Shown here piece after piece: positions 1-9,106 of a stretch of DNA of 64,000 nucleotides. The notes under the pieces are model-generated. The model was not told the DNA's origin. It ran no database searches and saw nothing but the letters and a program-made list of their open reading frames with translations. A program made the position numbers and the translations under genes. Within the stretch, counting starts at the first letter, position 1, and the number at the start of each line of letters is the position of its first letter. The DNA is from an uncultured Desulfobacterales bacterium. GTDB taxonomy: Bacteria; Desulfobacterota; DSM-4660; Desulfatiglandales; JALVZP01. Location of the stretch: the NCBI GenBank assembly GCA_964513995.1, contig CAZEOQ010000006.1, positions 17,573 through 81,572 of the forward strand, written 5' to 3'.

Positions 1-1091
1 GAGATGGACTTGGACCAAATCTGAATGGAATATGGCGTGGACACATAGGATGGTTTGGAGCAATGGGAATTGTAACAGAGATGACAGTAAAGATATTTCC
101 ATTCATAGAGAATGCACGTGAAGCAATGGTTCCTGAAGGAGTTAATCCAGACTCACACTTAAGATTCAACACGAACCGTGTTGCATGGCAGAACATTCGT
201 CTTCCAAGCAGGAAGGCACTTGAGGACTTCTTTTATGAATTTTCACACTGTCAGATTGGAGCAGCGATAACAAAGGTTCCAGTATTCTGGAGGGTAATAG
301 CAAAGGCACAGGACAAGGAAGATTTCTGGGAAAGGTGGAGTGGAGTTACGAAAGAAGACATAGACAACTTCCACATGGCAAGAGTCCTTCTTATAGGATT
401 TACCAATGAGAAGCAGATGGAGTATGAGAGGGCAGTTCTTGAGGAGTTGACAAAGGAGTTTGGAGGGGAATTTACAAGGACTAAGCCATGGGATGAATCA
501 TGGTTTAAGAATGCTGATACTTCTGGAATGTGGATGATGACAAATGGTTATTCTTCATGTGAAGCAGGACAGGAGTGTCTGAGATGCACGTATGAGACAG
601 GAAAGAAGCTTGGAAAACTCCTTTGGGAGAAATACACTCCACCATTTATGCCGGAATATGGAGATCCTGGATGGTTCCAGTCAAATGACTTTGGTCATTC
701 AAGCTATCTTGAATTCCTCGTTTACATGAATGTTGACTACTGCGATCCACTTTCACCATACTACAAGCCAGAATATGTCCAGAGCATGATAGGATGGTAT
801 TTTGAAGAGACACCTCTTGTAGATGCAGAAACAGGATTCCTTGACTTCTTCCCAGCATCATGTCACGGAATACTTTTCCAGGGACCATTCTTCAATGACT
901 ATCAGGTGTGGGTGGACAGGTTCAAGGAAGAGTTTGATCCAAATACAGTATCAAATCCACCTGCACCATATGACCCAGAATGGGTAACAGAGATGCTTCC
1001 ACCATTTATGCTGAACAGATCTAGAAGATTCCTCCGCACTGTAAAGAGAGGAAAGTCAATGCTTCTTGGAAAACCAGGTCGCTTGGTATAA
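1..1091 (+). CDS. FAD-linked oxidase (PCMH/VAO type), C-terminal portion; 5' end outside window
   Basis: Frame 3 is open from base 3 (DGLGPNLNGIWRGHIGWFGAMGIVTEMTVKIFP). This is the G-x-G-I-V-T-E segment that closes the FAD-binding domain, followed by a ~320 aa cap domain. Stop at 1089-1091. Confidence 0.6.
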   Translation, partial: DGLGPNLNGIWRGHIGWFGAMGIVTEMTVKIFPFIENAREAMVPEGVNPDSHLRFNTNRVAWQNIRLPSRKALEDFFYEFSHCQIGAAITKVPVFWRVIAKAQDKEDFWERWSGVTKEDIDNFHMARVLLIGFTNEKQMEYERAVLEELTKEFGGEFTRTKPWDESWFKNADTSGMWMMTNGYSSCEAGQECLRCTYETGKKLGKLLWEKYTPPFMPEYGDPGWFQSNDFGHSSYLEFLVYMNVDYCDPLSPYYKPEYVQSMIGWYFEETPLVDAETGFLDFFPASCHGILFQGPFFNDYQVWVDRFKEEFDPNTVSNPPAPYDPEWVTEMLPPFMLNRSRRFLRTVKRGKSMLLGKPGRLV

Positions 1092-1105
1092 TTTAAAAAA
1101 AGAAA

Positions 1106-1134
1106 GAGGGGGATTTTTTCCCCCTCTTTTTTTT
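1106..1134 (+). terminator. Rho-independent terminator
   Basis: Stem GAGGGGG (1106-1112) / CCCCCTC (1120-1126) with a 7-nt loop, followed by a T-run at 1127-1134. Confidence 0.8.
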
Positions 1135-1167
1135 GTCTGAAGAAAATCAAAATAAGGAGGGAAAGCT

Positions 1168-2043
1168 ATGGATATCATGGATGTAAAAAAAGTAGGAGTA
1201 GTGGGTGCAGGAGCAATGGGAAGTGGTATTGCACAGCTTTTTGCACAGAATGGTTTTGAAGTGGTTATGAGAGATATAGAACAGCAGTTTGTTGACAGAG
1301 GGATGAAGGCAATAGATGGATCTCTTTCAAAGCTTGTGGAAAAGGGAAAGATGAAGAAGGAGGACAAGGATGCAATTATGGGAAGGATAAAAGGGACGGT
1401 AAATATGGAAGATCTGAAAGATGTGGACTTTGTAGTAGAGGCAGTGATTGAGGATATGGATACAAAGAAAAAGGTATTTAAGGAACTTGATGAACTTACA
1501 AGAGAAGAAATAATCCTTACAACAAATACTTCTTCTCTTTCTATTACAGAGATTGCATCAGTTACAAAAAGACCTGACAAGGTCGTAGGAATGCATTTCT
1601 TTAATCCAGCTCCTGTTATGAGGCTTGTAGAGGTCGTAAAAGGTCAGCTTACAAGTGATGAATCTGCACAGTTTGTAAGGGATCTTGCAGAAAAGAGACT
1701 TGGAAAGGTTACAGTTCTTGTAAAGAAGGATGTTGCAGGATTTATTGTAAACAGACTTATGGTTCCATATCTTATGGAAGCAATAAGGGTATATGAAGAA
1801 GGGATTGCAAGCATAGAGGATATAGACAAGGCTGTAAAGTTTGGTCTGAACTATCCTATGGGACCATTTGAACTTATGGACTTTACAGGAATAGACATTG
1901 CATATCATGTAAATGAAGTATTTGCAAGAGAACTTCCAAAAGAACTGAAACACACAACTCCACCACTTCTCAGGGCAATGGTAAGAGCAGGAAGACTTGG
2001 AAGAAAGACTGGAGCAGGATGGTATGACTATAGCAAAAAATAA
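1168..2043 (+). CDS. hbd: 3-hydroxyacyl-CoA (3-hydroxybutyryl-CoA) dehydrogenase
   Basis: N-terminal Rossmann motif VGVVGAGAMGSGIAQLFAQNGFEVVMRD. MHFFNPAPVMRLVEV and a C-terminal GRKTGAGWYDY tail are typical of HBD/FadB-type enzymes. SD AAGGAGG lies 7 nt upstream. Confidence 0.9.
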   Translation: MDIMDVKKVGVVGAGAMGSGIAQLFAQNGFEVVMRDIEQQFVDRGMKAIDGSLSKLVEKGKMKKEDKDAIMGRIKGTVNMEDLKDVDFVVEAVIEDMDTKKKVFKELDELTREEIILTTNTSSLSITEIASVTKRPDKVVGMHFFNPAPVMRLVEVVKGQLTSDESAQFVRDLAEKRLGKVTVLVKKDVAGFIVNRLMVPYLMEAIRVYEEGIASIEDIDKAVKFGLNYPMGPFELMDFTGIDIAYHVNEVFARELPKELKHTTPPLLRAMVRAGRLGRKTGAGWYDYSKK

Positions 2044-2057
2044 AGGAGGTAAAAAAA

Positions 2058-2891
2058 ATGGCAGAATTTCAGGATATCCTTTTTGAAAAAGAAGATGGAA
2101 TTGTTACCATAACTTTAAACCGCCCTCCAATGAATCCTATGAGATACAGAACTTATGCAGAGCTCCACAAAGCTGCAGATATAATCAGTGCAGATCCTGA
2201 TGTAAGGGTCGTAATAATTACAGGAGCAGGAGACAGGGCATTCAGTGCAGGCGGTGACATAAAGGCATTTTATGAACTTGGTGATTCTGTAGAGAATGTA
2301 AGGGAATATGTAAACAATGCAAGTCTTGCACTGAGGAAAATAAAAGATCTTGAAGTTCCAACAATTGCTGCAGTAAACGGAATTGCAATGGGTGGTGGAA
2401 TAGAGCTTATGTGTGTATGTGATTTCAGGATTGCTTCAGAAAAGGCTATATTCAGTCAGGCAGAGATAAACTTGGGGCTTATTCCAGGAACAGGAGGAAG
2501 TATAGAGCTTCCATACATTGTTGGATGGGCAAAGGCAAAGGAGATGGTAATGCTTGGAAGACAATACAGTGCAAAGGAAGCACTTGAGATGGGACTTGTG
2601 ATGAAGGTTGTTCCTCATGACAAGGTCATGGAAGAGGCAAAGGCACTTGCAAAAGAACTTATGTCAAAGCCAAGGACAGCTCTGAGACTTGCAAAACACA
2701 TGCTGAATACTGGAATAAACCTTGATCTTATGAGTGCAAGAAGGATGGAGATAGAGCTGTTTAATCTTGCTTATATGACAAAGGATGCAAAGGAAGGACT
2801 AAAGGCTATGATAGATAAGAGAAAACCAGAATACAAAGGAGAAGAGCTTATTCAGGCAATAAAAGAAGGAATGGAATACAAAAGGAGCTGA
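2058..2891 (+). CDS. enoyl-CoA hydratase/isomerase (crotonase) family protein
   Basis: Crotonase-fold motifs GAGDRAFSAGGDIK and AAVNGIAMGGGIELMCVCDFRIA. SD AAGGAGG precedes the ATG. Confidence 0.88.
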   Translation: MAEFQDILFEKEDGIVTITLNRPPMNPMRYRTYAELHKAADIISADPDVRVVIITGAGDRAFSAGGDIKAFYELGDSVENVREYVNNASLALRKIKDLEVPTIAAVNGIAMGGGIELMCVCDFRIASEKAIFSQAEINLGLIPGTGGSIELPYIVGWAKAKEMVMLGRQYSAKEALEMGLVMKVVPHDKVMEEAKALAKELMSKPRTALRLAKHMLNTGINLDLMSARRMEIELFNLAYMTKDAKEGLKAMIDKRKPEYKGEELIQAIKEGMEYKRS

Positions 2892-2896
2892 TTCCT

Positions 2897-2916
2897 TAGG
2901 GGGCTCTTGCCCCCTA
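2897..2916 (+). other. GC-rich intercistronic stem-loop (no T-tract)
   Basis: TAGGGGGC (2897-2904) / GCCCCCTA (2909-2916) with a 4-nt loop. It is directly followed by SD AGGAGG 2918-2923. Confidence 0.5.
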
Positions 2917-2933
2917 CAGGAGGCATATATAAT

Positions 2934-3518
2934 ATGTCAAAATTTGAGGAAAATACAAAGGAACAGCTTTTAGAAAAGGCAGTAGATCTTTTCTATGAAA
3001 AAGGATATGCAGGTGCATCTGTTCGCGATATTGTAAAGGCTGTAAAGGTTAGCAATTCTATACTCTATCATTATTTCAAGGACAAAAATGAGCTTTTGTT
3101 TGTGATTATAGAGAGGACAGGAAGGGAGCTTATAGAATCTCTGAGAAAGATAGAAAAGAGGTATAGTGATCCTGTAGAGGCTCTTTCAAGGATGATCCTT
3201 ACACAGGTAAGTATTGTCAAAGAAAAGAAAAAAGAGACAAAGATATTCCTTGAAGAGCAGTATCAGCTAAATGAGAACTATAAGAAGAAGATACTGAAAC
3301 AGCACAGAGAGATATATAACATTTACAAGAGACAGCTTGAAAAGCTTGAAAAACAGGGAAAACTCAGAAATGTAAACAAGACAGTAGCAAACTTTGCAAT
3401 TCACGCAATGATGAACTGGTCTTACAGGTGGTATAAAGATAAAGGTCCTCTTTCCATAGAAGATGTTGCAAAACAGATCTGTGATATTTTCTTTTTTGGG
3501 ATATTGAAAAAAGATTAA
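2934..3518 (+). CDS. TetR/AcrR family transcriptional regulator
   Basis: N-terminal HTH LLEKAVDLFYEKGYAGASVRDIVKAVKVSNSILYHYFKDKNELL. Start moved to ATG 2934 (SD 10 nt upstream) because the track start at 2907 lies inside the hairpin. Confidence 0.85.
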   Translation: MSKFEENTKEQLLEKAVDLFYEKGYAGASVRDIVKAVKVSNSILYHYFKDKNELLFVIIERTGRELIESLRKIEKRYSDPVEALSRMILTQVSIVKEKKKETKIFLEEQYQLNENYKKKILKQHREIYNIYKRQLEKLEKQGKLRNVNKTVANFAIHAMMNWSYRWYKDKGPLSIEDVAKQICDIFFFGILKKD

Positions 3519-3528
3519 GATTTTGATA

Positions 3529-3557
3529 TTGACAAGAACGAACGTTCGTGATTAATG
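3529..3557 (+). promoter_or_regulatory. sigma70-like promoter with embedded palindromic operator
   Basis: TTGACA at 3529-3534 and an A/T-rich -10 (ATTAAT 3551-3556). The perfect 12-bp palindrome ACGAACGTTCGT (3538-3549) fills the spacer, immediately downstream of the TetR gene. Confidence 0.55.
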
Positions 3558-3583
3558 AAAAAATAAAAAAAGGAGATGAAGCC

Positions 3584-4711
3584 ATGGGGATAGGTGACTG
3601 GATAAGAAGACACGCACTGCTTCTTTTTGCCATATCAACCATAGTAATCATTGGTGCTGGTGTATATTATGTTTACTGGACACAGCAGGAAGTAAAGAAA
3701 AAGGAAGAAATAAAGGTAAAAAGAAAGCTCTGGCATTACAACCTATTAGCAGTTGATCACGGAGATGAAAAAAACATATGGGCTGTTGGATATCGTGGAA
3801 CTATTCTTCATTCTGAAGATGGTGGAAAACACTGGAAACATCAGCATTCCAACACCATTGCTACCCTTGCTGATGTAGATTTTATCAATGCAAAAGAAGG
3901 ATGGGCAGTTGGACAGTGGAGGACAATTTTACACACTTCTGATGGTGGAAGGCATTGGGAGAAACAAAACCCTCCAAAAGACTTAGATCCAATGACTTAT
4001 CTGTGTTCTGTTCAGTTTCTGAATGAAAAAGAAGGATGGGCATGTGGAAATATGGCAGCTCTTATACATACAGAAGATGGAGGAAAGACATGGAAACTCG
4101 TTGATATGAGTAAGTATGTGGAAGATTGGGGAATTCAGTTCAATGATGTATTCTTTCTGGACAAAAATGAAGGATGGCTTGTAGGTGAGCAAGGTCTCTG
4201 TTTCCATACAACAGATGGAGGAAAGACATGGGAGAAGGTTGATCTTGGTGTTAAAAAGACACTGTTCAGTGTAACATTCCTTACAAAGGCTAAACCAAAG
4301 AAGATGGGTTTTATTACAGGAGCAGATGGAGTACTTCTCTATACAGAAGATGGAAAGACATGGCAAAAGCCTCAATGGAAGGACATTCCTATAACAGAGC
4401 ACATATATAATCTTGCATTCAGGGTGAGTCCAGAATGGAATCCTGCTACTAACTTAGGTCTTGGAGTATATGCAGTAGGAAGAGGAGTTTTTATCCATAC
4501 ATATGGTGAGCTTCAGAAAAACTGGGAAAGTGTTATAGAAGTAAAAATGCCAGAAAATCGTCCATTAGAATATACATGGCTTAGAGGAATAACATGGCCA
4601 ACAGACCATGTTGGTATTGCTGTGGGAGAGGATGGGATTATTCTGAGGTCATGGGATGAAGGACTTCACTGGGTAAACATAGAGTATGGTTATGAATACG
4701 AAGGAGAATAA
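3584..4711 (+). CDS. Ycf48/BNR-repeat beta-propeller protein (photosystem II stability factor-like, COG4447-like), N-terminal TM anchor
   Basis: Repeated Asp-box motifs (SEDGGKHWK, SDGGRHWEK, TEDGGKTWK, TTDGGKTWEK, TEDGKTWQK) and one N-terminal hydrophobic helix. Start at ATG 3584, after SD AGGAG. Confidence 0.75.
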   Translation: MGIGDWIRRHALLLFAISTIVIIGAGVYYVYWTQQEVKKKEEIKVKRKLWHYNLLAVDHGDEKNIWAVGYRGTILHSEDGGKHWKHQHSNTIATLADVDFINAKEGWAVGQWRTILHTSDGGRHWEKQNPPKDLDPMTYLCSVQFLNEKEGWACGNMAALIHTEDGGKTWKLVDMSKYVEDWGIQFNDVFFLDKNEGWLVGEQGLCFHTTDGGKTWEKVDLGVKKTLFSVTFLTKAKPKKMGFITGADGVLLYTEDGKTWQKPQWKDIPITEHIYNLAFRVSPEWNPATNLGLGVYAVGRGVFIHTYGELQKNWESVIEVKMPENRPLEYTWLRGITWPTDHVGIAVGEDGIILRSWDEGLHWVNIEYGYEYEGE

Positions 4712-4730
4712 AACCTTAGGAGGTCTTGAT

Positions 4731-7403
4731 ATGGAAGAGAAAGGAGTAGGAGCAAAGATTGCTGACTTTTTGATCAAGTGGAGAATACCTATACTGATCC
4801 TATTAGGTATTGCTACCTTGATCTTTGCTTATGGAGTAATGCGCTTACAGATAAAAGTTCGTCTTGACGAGATGCAGCCTCCTCTTCATCCATTCGTAAA
4901 ACTAAACAGAAAGTTTATGGAAACATTTGGTGGTGCAAGCACTGTTGTTATAGAAGTCCATGTAAAGGAAGGAGATATCTTTAACTATGAAACACTTTCA
5001 AAGATAAAAAGGATTACTGATGATCTTCAATTTCATCCATATGTAAGAAGAGCCCTTGTTATGTCCATTACCAGACGTAAGGCAAAGGCAGTAAGAGGAT
5101 ATGCAGGTGGAGTATTGGACATTAAATCTCTTGCCTATCCTGAAGTTCCTAAGACACCAGAAGAGATTGAAAAGCTTAAAAAGAACATCTTTACTAACGA
5201 GTTTTACAGAGGAATTCTGGTATCTAATGACGGTAAAGCAGCTCTTATCTTTGCTGACTTAAAGGAAGGAGTTGATTTCAATGAGTTTTTTAAATTCTTG
5301 ATGAAGATACGCGAAAGAGAAGAGGACAGCAATACTGTAATCCACATGGCAGGTCTTCCAGTTCTGATGGGATGGATCCATTACTATCTGCCAGCAATAA
5401 ATAAGGTCTTTTTATGGACAGTTGTTGTAATAGTGGTTCTTGTTATCTCAATCTTCCACAACTTCATAGGATTTAGCATACCTATAATAGTCAGTTTTGT
5501 AAGCACAATCTGGGGACTTGGTTTCTGTGGTCTTATTGGAATGACCTTAGATCCACTGATGCTTGTATTACCATTTCTTGTTGGTGCAAGGGCATTGAGT
5601 CATTCTGTTCAAACTACACAGAGATGGCTTGAAGAATACGAAAAGACAGGTTCTAAATTAGATGCTTCTTATAATACCTTGGAAAGGCTCTTCCTTGCTG
5701 GTCTTTCAGCTATTGTTACAGACGCTGGAGGTTTCCTGGTATTGGTTCTCGCAAGGATACCTTGTATCCAAAAACTTTCACTGTTGTGCACATTTTGGAT
5801 ATTAGCCATCTTTGTTACTGCATCAGTAGGTGGACCTCTTTTAAGCATATATCTGCCAGCTCCAAAGAAGGTTCGTATAGGTGGCTTAGGATTCTTTGAA
5901 AAACTTCTTTCCAGGGTTGCTGATATGTCAATTAACCGAAAAGGTGCTATTACCATAATAACATTATTTATCCTGGCTGGAGTTGTAGGGGGATACTATG
6001 CAAATAAGGTTGAAATAGGTGATATACATCCAGGTTCTCCAATACTATTTCCAGATTCCAAATACAATATGGATGTGGCTGAAATAAACAAAAGATTTGA
6101 CAATGCTGGTGTTGACACGATGAATGTCGTTGTAAGCGGAATACCTAACTGTATTGAAATGCCTTCTGTCCTTTACAAAATGGAGGCTTTTACTGAGACG
6201 ATGAAGAGAAAGGTTCCAGCAGTAGGTGGAAGTCAGTGTATCGTAAACATCGTGAAGAAGTTGAATCAGGAATTTCATGAAGGAGATCCAAAATGGCATG
6301 TAATTCCAGATTCCATTCTTGCTACAGGAACATACATACTTATGTATAGGTCCACTGGTGAACCTGGAGATTTTGATGTCTGGGCAGATCATAAATTCAA
6401 GAAAGGTAGCATAAGGATATATTTCAAAAACCATCTTGCAAAAACAATCAAACACGCTCTCAAAGTTGCAGAGGAATTCTTATATCAGTATCCAGAACTT
6501 ATGCAGAGGAAGTTTTATGATGATGTGTATAAAAGACTGGTTGAGAAATATCCTGACATAGGAGAACAGCATTTTGTAAAAAGGGTTACAAGAAACATAT
6601 GTGAGTTTGATTTAGACGGATTTCTGGAATACATGAAGACAAAAAAGGCAGATCTCATAAAAGATCCAAAGTTTATCAAGGAATTTCCTGAACTTTACTC
6701 CAAGAAGAACCTGGTAAAAAAGTATCCTAAGATATTGAAGATGAGCATGAGGGAATTTGTGGATACATATCCACAGGCAGTATCTGAGATGAAGCTTATG
6801 GATAAAGATGAGTTTATGAGTCCTGAAAGATACGGTGCTGCTCAATTCTTGCTTTGTGGTGGAACTATTGGTGTTCTTGCTGCTATAAATGAAGAGATAG
6901 AGTGGTCTCAGGTAGGAACACTTCTGCTTATTTTCGTAATGGTATTTATCTTATGTTCTTCAGCATTTAGATCTATCTGGGCAGGTATAACACTTACTGT
7001 TCCACTTGTCATTGCTAACTTAGTAGCATTTATCTATATGGTGTTTAAAGAAATAAGTCTGGATATAGATACCCTTCCTGTCTTTGCAATTGGTGTGGGA
7101 GTTGGTGTGAACTATGGTATCTATATAATTTCAAGATTCAGAGAGGAATATGAAAATGAAGCAGATATAGACAAGGCTGTTAAGAAAGGAGTTTCTACGG
7201 CAGGTCTTGGAGTAGTATTCACAGGTATAAGTCTTATTATTCCTGTCTTCTTGTGGTATTGGTTCTCTCAGATTAAGTTTCAAGCAGACATGGGTGTTCT
7301 GTTAGCATTCTTGCTTTTCTTCAATATGCTTGGTGCATTGCTTTTTATTCCAGCTGTTTGTGCATACTTTAAACCAAGGTTCATTACTCTTGGTCATGAG
7401 TAA
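4731..7403 (+). CDS. RND-superfamily exporter (COG1033 / MMPL-HpnN-like)
   Basis: Two blocks of ~6 TM helices, each following a large soluble loop, which is the typical MMPL/RND duplication. Start at ATG 4731, after SD AGGAGG. Confidence 0.75.
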   Translation: MEEKGVGAKIADFLIKWRIPILILLGIATLIFAYGVMRLQIKVRLDEMQPPLHPFVKLNRKFMETFGGASTVVIEVHVKEGDIFNYETLSKIKRITDDLQFHPYVRRALVMSITRRKAKAVRGYAGGVLDIKSLAYPEVPKTPEEIEKLKKNIFTNEFYRGILVSNDGKAALIFADLKEGVDFNEFFKFLMKIREREEDSNTVIHMAGLPVLMGWIHYYLPAINKVFLWTVVVIVVLVISIFHNFIGFSIPIIVSFVSTIWGLGFCGLIGMTLDPLMLVLPFLVGARALSHSVQTTQRWLEEYEKTGSKLDASYNTLERLFLAGLSAIVTDAGGFLVLVLARIPCIQKLSLLCTFWILAIFVTASVGGPLLSIYLPAPKKVRIGGLGFFEKLLSRVADMSINRKGAITIITLFILAGVVGGYYANKVEIGDIHPGSPILFPDSKYNMDVAEINKRFDNAGVDTMNVVVSGIPNCIEMPSVLYKMEAFTETMKRKVPAVGGSQCIVNIVKKLNQEFHEGDPKWHVIPDSILATGTYILMYRSTGEPGDFDVWADHKFKKGSIRIYFKNHLAKTIKHALKVAEEFLYQYPELMQRKFYDDVYKRLVEKYPDIGEQHFVKRVTRNICEFDLDGFLEYMKTKKADLIKDPKFIKEFPELYSKKNLVKKYPKILKMSMREFVDTYPQAVSEMKLMDKDEFMSPERYGAAQFLLCGGTIGVLAAINEEIEWSQVGTLLLIFVMVFILCSSAFRSIWAGITLTVPLVIANLVAFIYMVFKEISLDIDTLPVFAIGVGVGVNYGIYIISRFREEYENEADIDKAVKKGVSTAGLGVVFTGISLIIPVFLWYWFSQIKFQADMGVLLAFLLFFNMLGALLFIPAVCAYFKPRFITLGHE

Positions 7404-7425
7404 AAAAATTGAGGAGGAGGTGAGA

Positions 7426-9054
7426 ATGAAAGGAAACAAAAATTATGAAAGATTTTTTCAAGAAGACAAAAAAATGGGGGGGATGAGTATGAAAAAGTTG
7501 ATTCAGACCTTGTCAGTTTTGTTGAGTGTGCTTTTTATGCTGGGAAGTGTTACGGCAGAAGAGATGCCTTCTGTGAATCTAAAATATAATCCTCAATACA
7601 GACCTGAAAGAAAATACAAGTGCATACCCCAGTATAAAGATTGGAAAGAAGCAAATTGGCCTGTTCCATTTGAAGATCCAAATTCAAAGCTTCCTTTCTG
7701 GGTAAGAAACTGGAACTACTGGGCAAAAAAGACAGGAAATAAGGAATGGATTGCATGGGGAAGAAGATTAGCAAAACCTGAGGCAATTAAGCTGGGATTA
7801 GAGTGGATAAAGTTTAATGGTATAGATTGTTCTAAGATTGTTGCACTTTCTAAGATTGCTCCTGAGATAAGACCCGGAGTTGTTATTACTCAACAAAATT
7901 GGAAGAAGTATGAAAAAGGTCTTAAAGAACTTTGGCCAAAGAGCTTGTGGTTAAGACTTATTAATAATTGCTATATCCCGATCAGAAAAGTTACTGTCTG
8001 TCCAACTCAGCACATCTATAAATCAAAAGGTGTTCTTTACTGGACAAAGAAATACCTGGGTAAAGCTCATATTGACAAAGAAGGAATGATGGATCTTTCC
8101 TTTGACAACTATGTAGCAGGAGTTCCTTTCCCATTTGTTCCTACATGTGCAAAATGGGATGATCCAAAGATGAGCTTGGGAGACAGATATGGTGATAAAT
8201 ATGCATGGTGGATCGTCCATAATATGGACAGACTTGTAGTTGGACAGGATCACTTAAGCTTTAATCCTATTACTCTTCCAATGCATGACAGACACGGAAA
8301 ACTGGAAAGGACACAGAAGTGGGGACTTTATTGGAGGATATATTGGGGAAGGATGGATCTTGAGCCAATGCCCTATGTTCCTGGTCAAGAGGATATAGAG
8401 TCTAAGGGTTCAGTCGTTGCTACTTATCCATTTGATGTAAGAGGATTTGCTGCAACGAGATGGAGATACTGTGATAAAAACAAAGAAGCACTTTTTATGT
8501 GTTATCTTCCAGCACTTCGTAGAATAAGGCGTCTATCTGGATCTGACACACAGGACCCAATCCTTGGAACAGACCTTACATGGGAAGACTGGAAGGCATG
8601 GTGGCAGAAGATTTCTCAGACAATCTGGCCATCAAAGGCAGTTACTCTCAGGGCAGAAGAGATACTTATTCCTGTTATATGGGATAGAAGATTCCAGTAT
8701 GATGAAAAGAACTTTATTACTACTTACTGGGAAAGAAGACCTTCCTGGGTAATTGACTACATTGCTGTTCCTCCATCTACTTACTTCTATAAGGTAAGGC
8801 GTGCATGGATAGACTTTGAGATAAAACGTGTAAATTATGGTGAATATTATGATAAAAGAGGAAGGCTGTGGAGGACATGGATTGACTGTAAACGCTGGCA
8901 ACCAGAAACAGGTTATTTCACATGGTGGGGATGTGATATCATTGATCATGTAAACAGGCACTGGACACCTCTACTGATGCAAGGAATACCTAATGATCCA
9001 AAGGTTACAGATAATTATTTTAATCTGAGATTTTTAAGCAGAATGGCTCACTAA
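7426..9054 (+). CDS. DUF1329 / LolA-like outer-membrane lipoprotein-sorting family protein
   Basis: Signal peptide MKKLIQTLSVLLSVLFMLGSVTA. C-terminal YFYKVRRAWIDFEIKRVNYGEYYDKRGRLWRTW matches the family signature (YDrkGeLwK). The start is either 7426 (strong SD GAGGAGGAGG) or 7489. Confidence 0.7.
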   Translation: MKGNKNYERFFQEDKKMGGMSMKKLIQTLSVLLSVLFMLGSVTAEEMPSVNLKYNPQYRPERKYKCIPQYKDWKEANWPVPFEDPNSKLPFWVRNWNYWAKKTGNKEWIAWGRRLAKPEAIKLGLEWIKFNGIDCSKIVALSKIAPEIRPGVVITQQNWKKYEKGLKELWPKSLWLRLINNCYIPIRKVTVCPTQHIYKSKGVLYWTKKYLGKAHIDKEGMMDLSFDNYVAGVPFPFVPTCAKWDDPKMSLGDRYGDKYAWWIVHNMDRLVVGQDHLSFNPITLPMHDRHGKLERTQKWGLYWRIYWGRMDLEPMPYVPGQEDIESKGSVVATYPFDVRGFAATRWRYCDKNKEALFMCYLPALRRIRRLSGSDTQDPILGTDLTWEDWKAWWQKISQTIWPSKAVTLRAEEILIPVIWDRRFQYDEKNFITTYWERRPSWVIDYIAVPPSTYFYKVRRAWIDFEIKRVNYGEYYDKRGRLWRTWIDCKRWQPETGYFTWWGCDIIDHVNRHWTPLLMQGIPNDPKVTDNYFNLRFLSRMAH

Positions 9055-9061
9055 TAAAAAA

Positions 9062-9086
9062 GTCAGGGGCACTTTTTGCCCCTGAC
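9062..9086 (+). other. GC-rich intercistronic stem-loop
   Basis: GTCAGGGGC (9062-9070) / GCCCCTGAC (9078-9086). No downstream T-tract; the SD of the next gene follows. Confidence 0.5.
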
Positions 9087-9106
9087 AAAAAGGAGGGAAG
9101 GGAAGT

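Noticed and set aside
1056-1580. 174-aa minus-strand ORF spanning the terminator and the start of hbd. Similar S/F/L-rich antisense ORFs occur at 27293-27796, 35718-36140, 55116-55502, 55636-56007, 58721-59239 and 62624-62995.
   Set aside because: All lie opposite confidently identified K/E-rich genes, have Ser/Phe/Leu-rich compositions typical of antisense frames in AT-rich DNA, and lack ribosome-binding sites.
2907-2933. Track start of the TetR ORF at 2907, and similar N-terminal extensions at 3548, 4686, 14235, 15928, 34208 and 35776
   Set aside because: The extensions run through hairpins, promoters or the preceding gene's 3' end and lack SDs. Downstream ATG/GTG codons with proper SD spacing or stop/start overlaps were chosen instead.
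3538-3549. CGAAC half-site of the operator palindrome as another copy of the motility promoter motif
   Set aside because: No CGA element follows at the invariant 16-nt distance. The context is a sigma70-like TTGACA promoter next to a TetR gene, so it is treated as an operator.
7330-7425. Apparent 74-nt overlap between the DUF1329 ORF and the RND gene
   Set aside because: This is an artefact of taking the first in-frame Met. A strong SD (GAGGAGGAGG) precedes ATG 7426 and the signal peptide begins at 7489, so the upstream extension is not coding.
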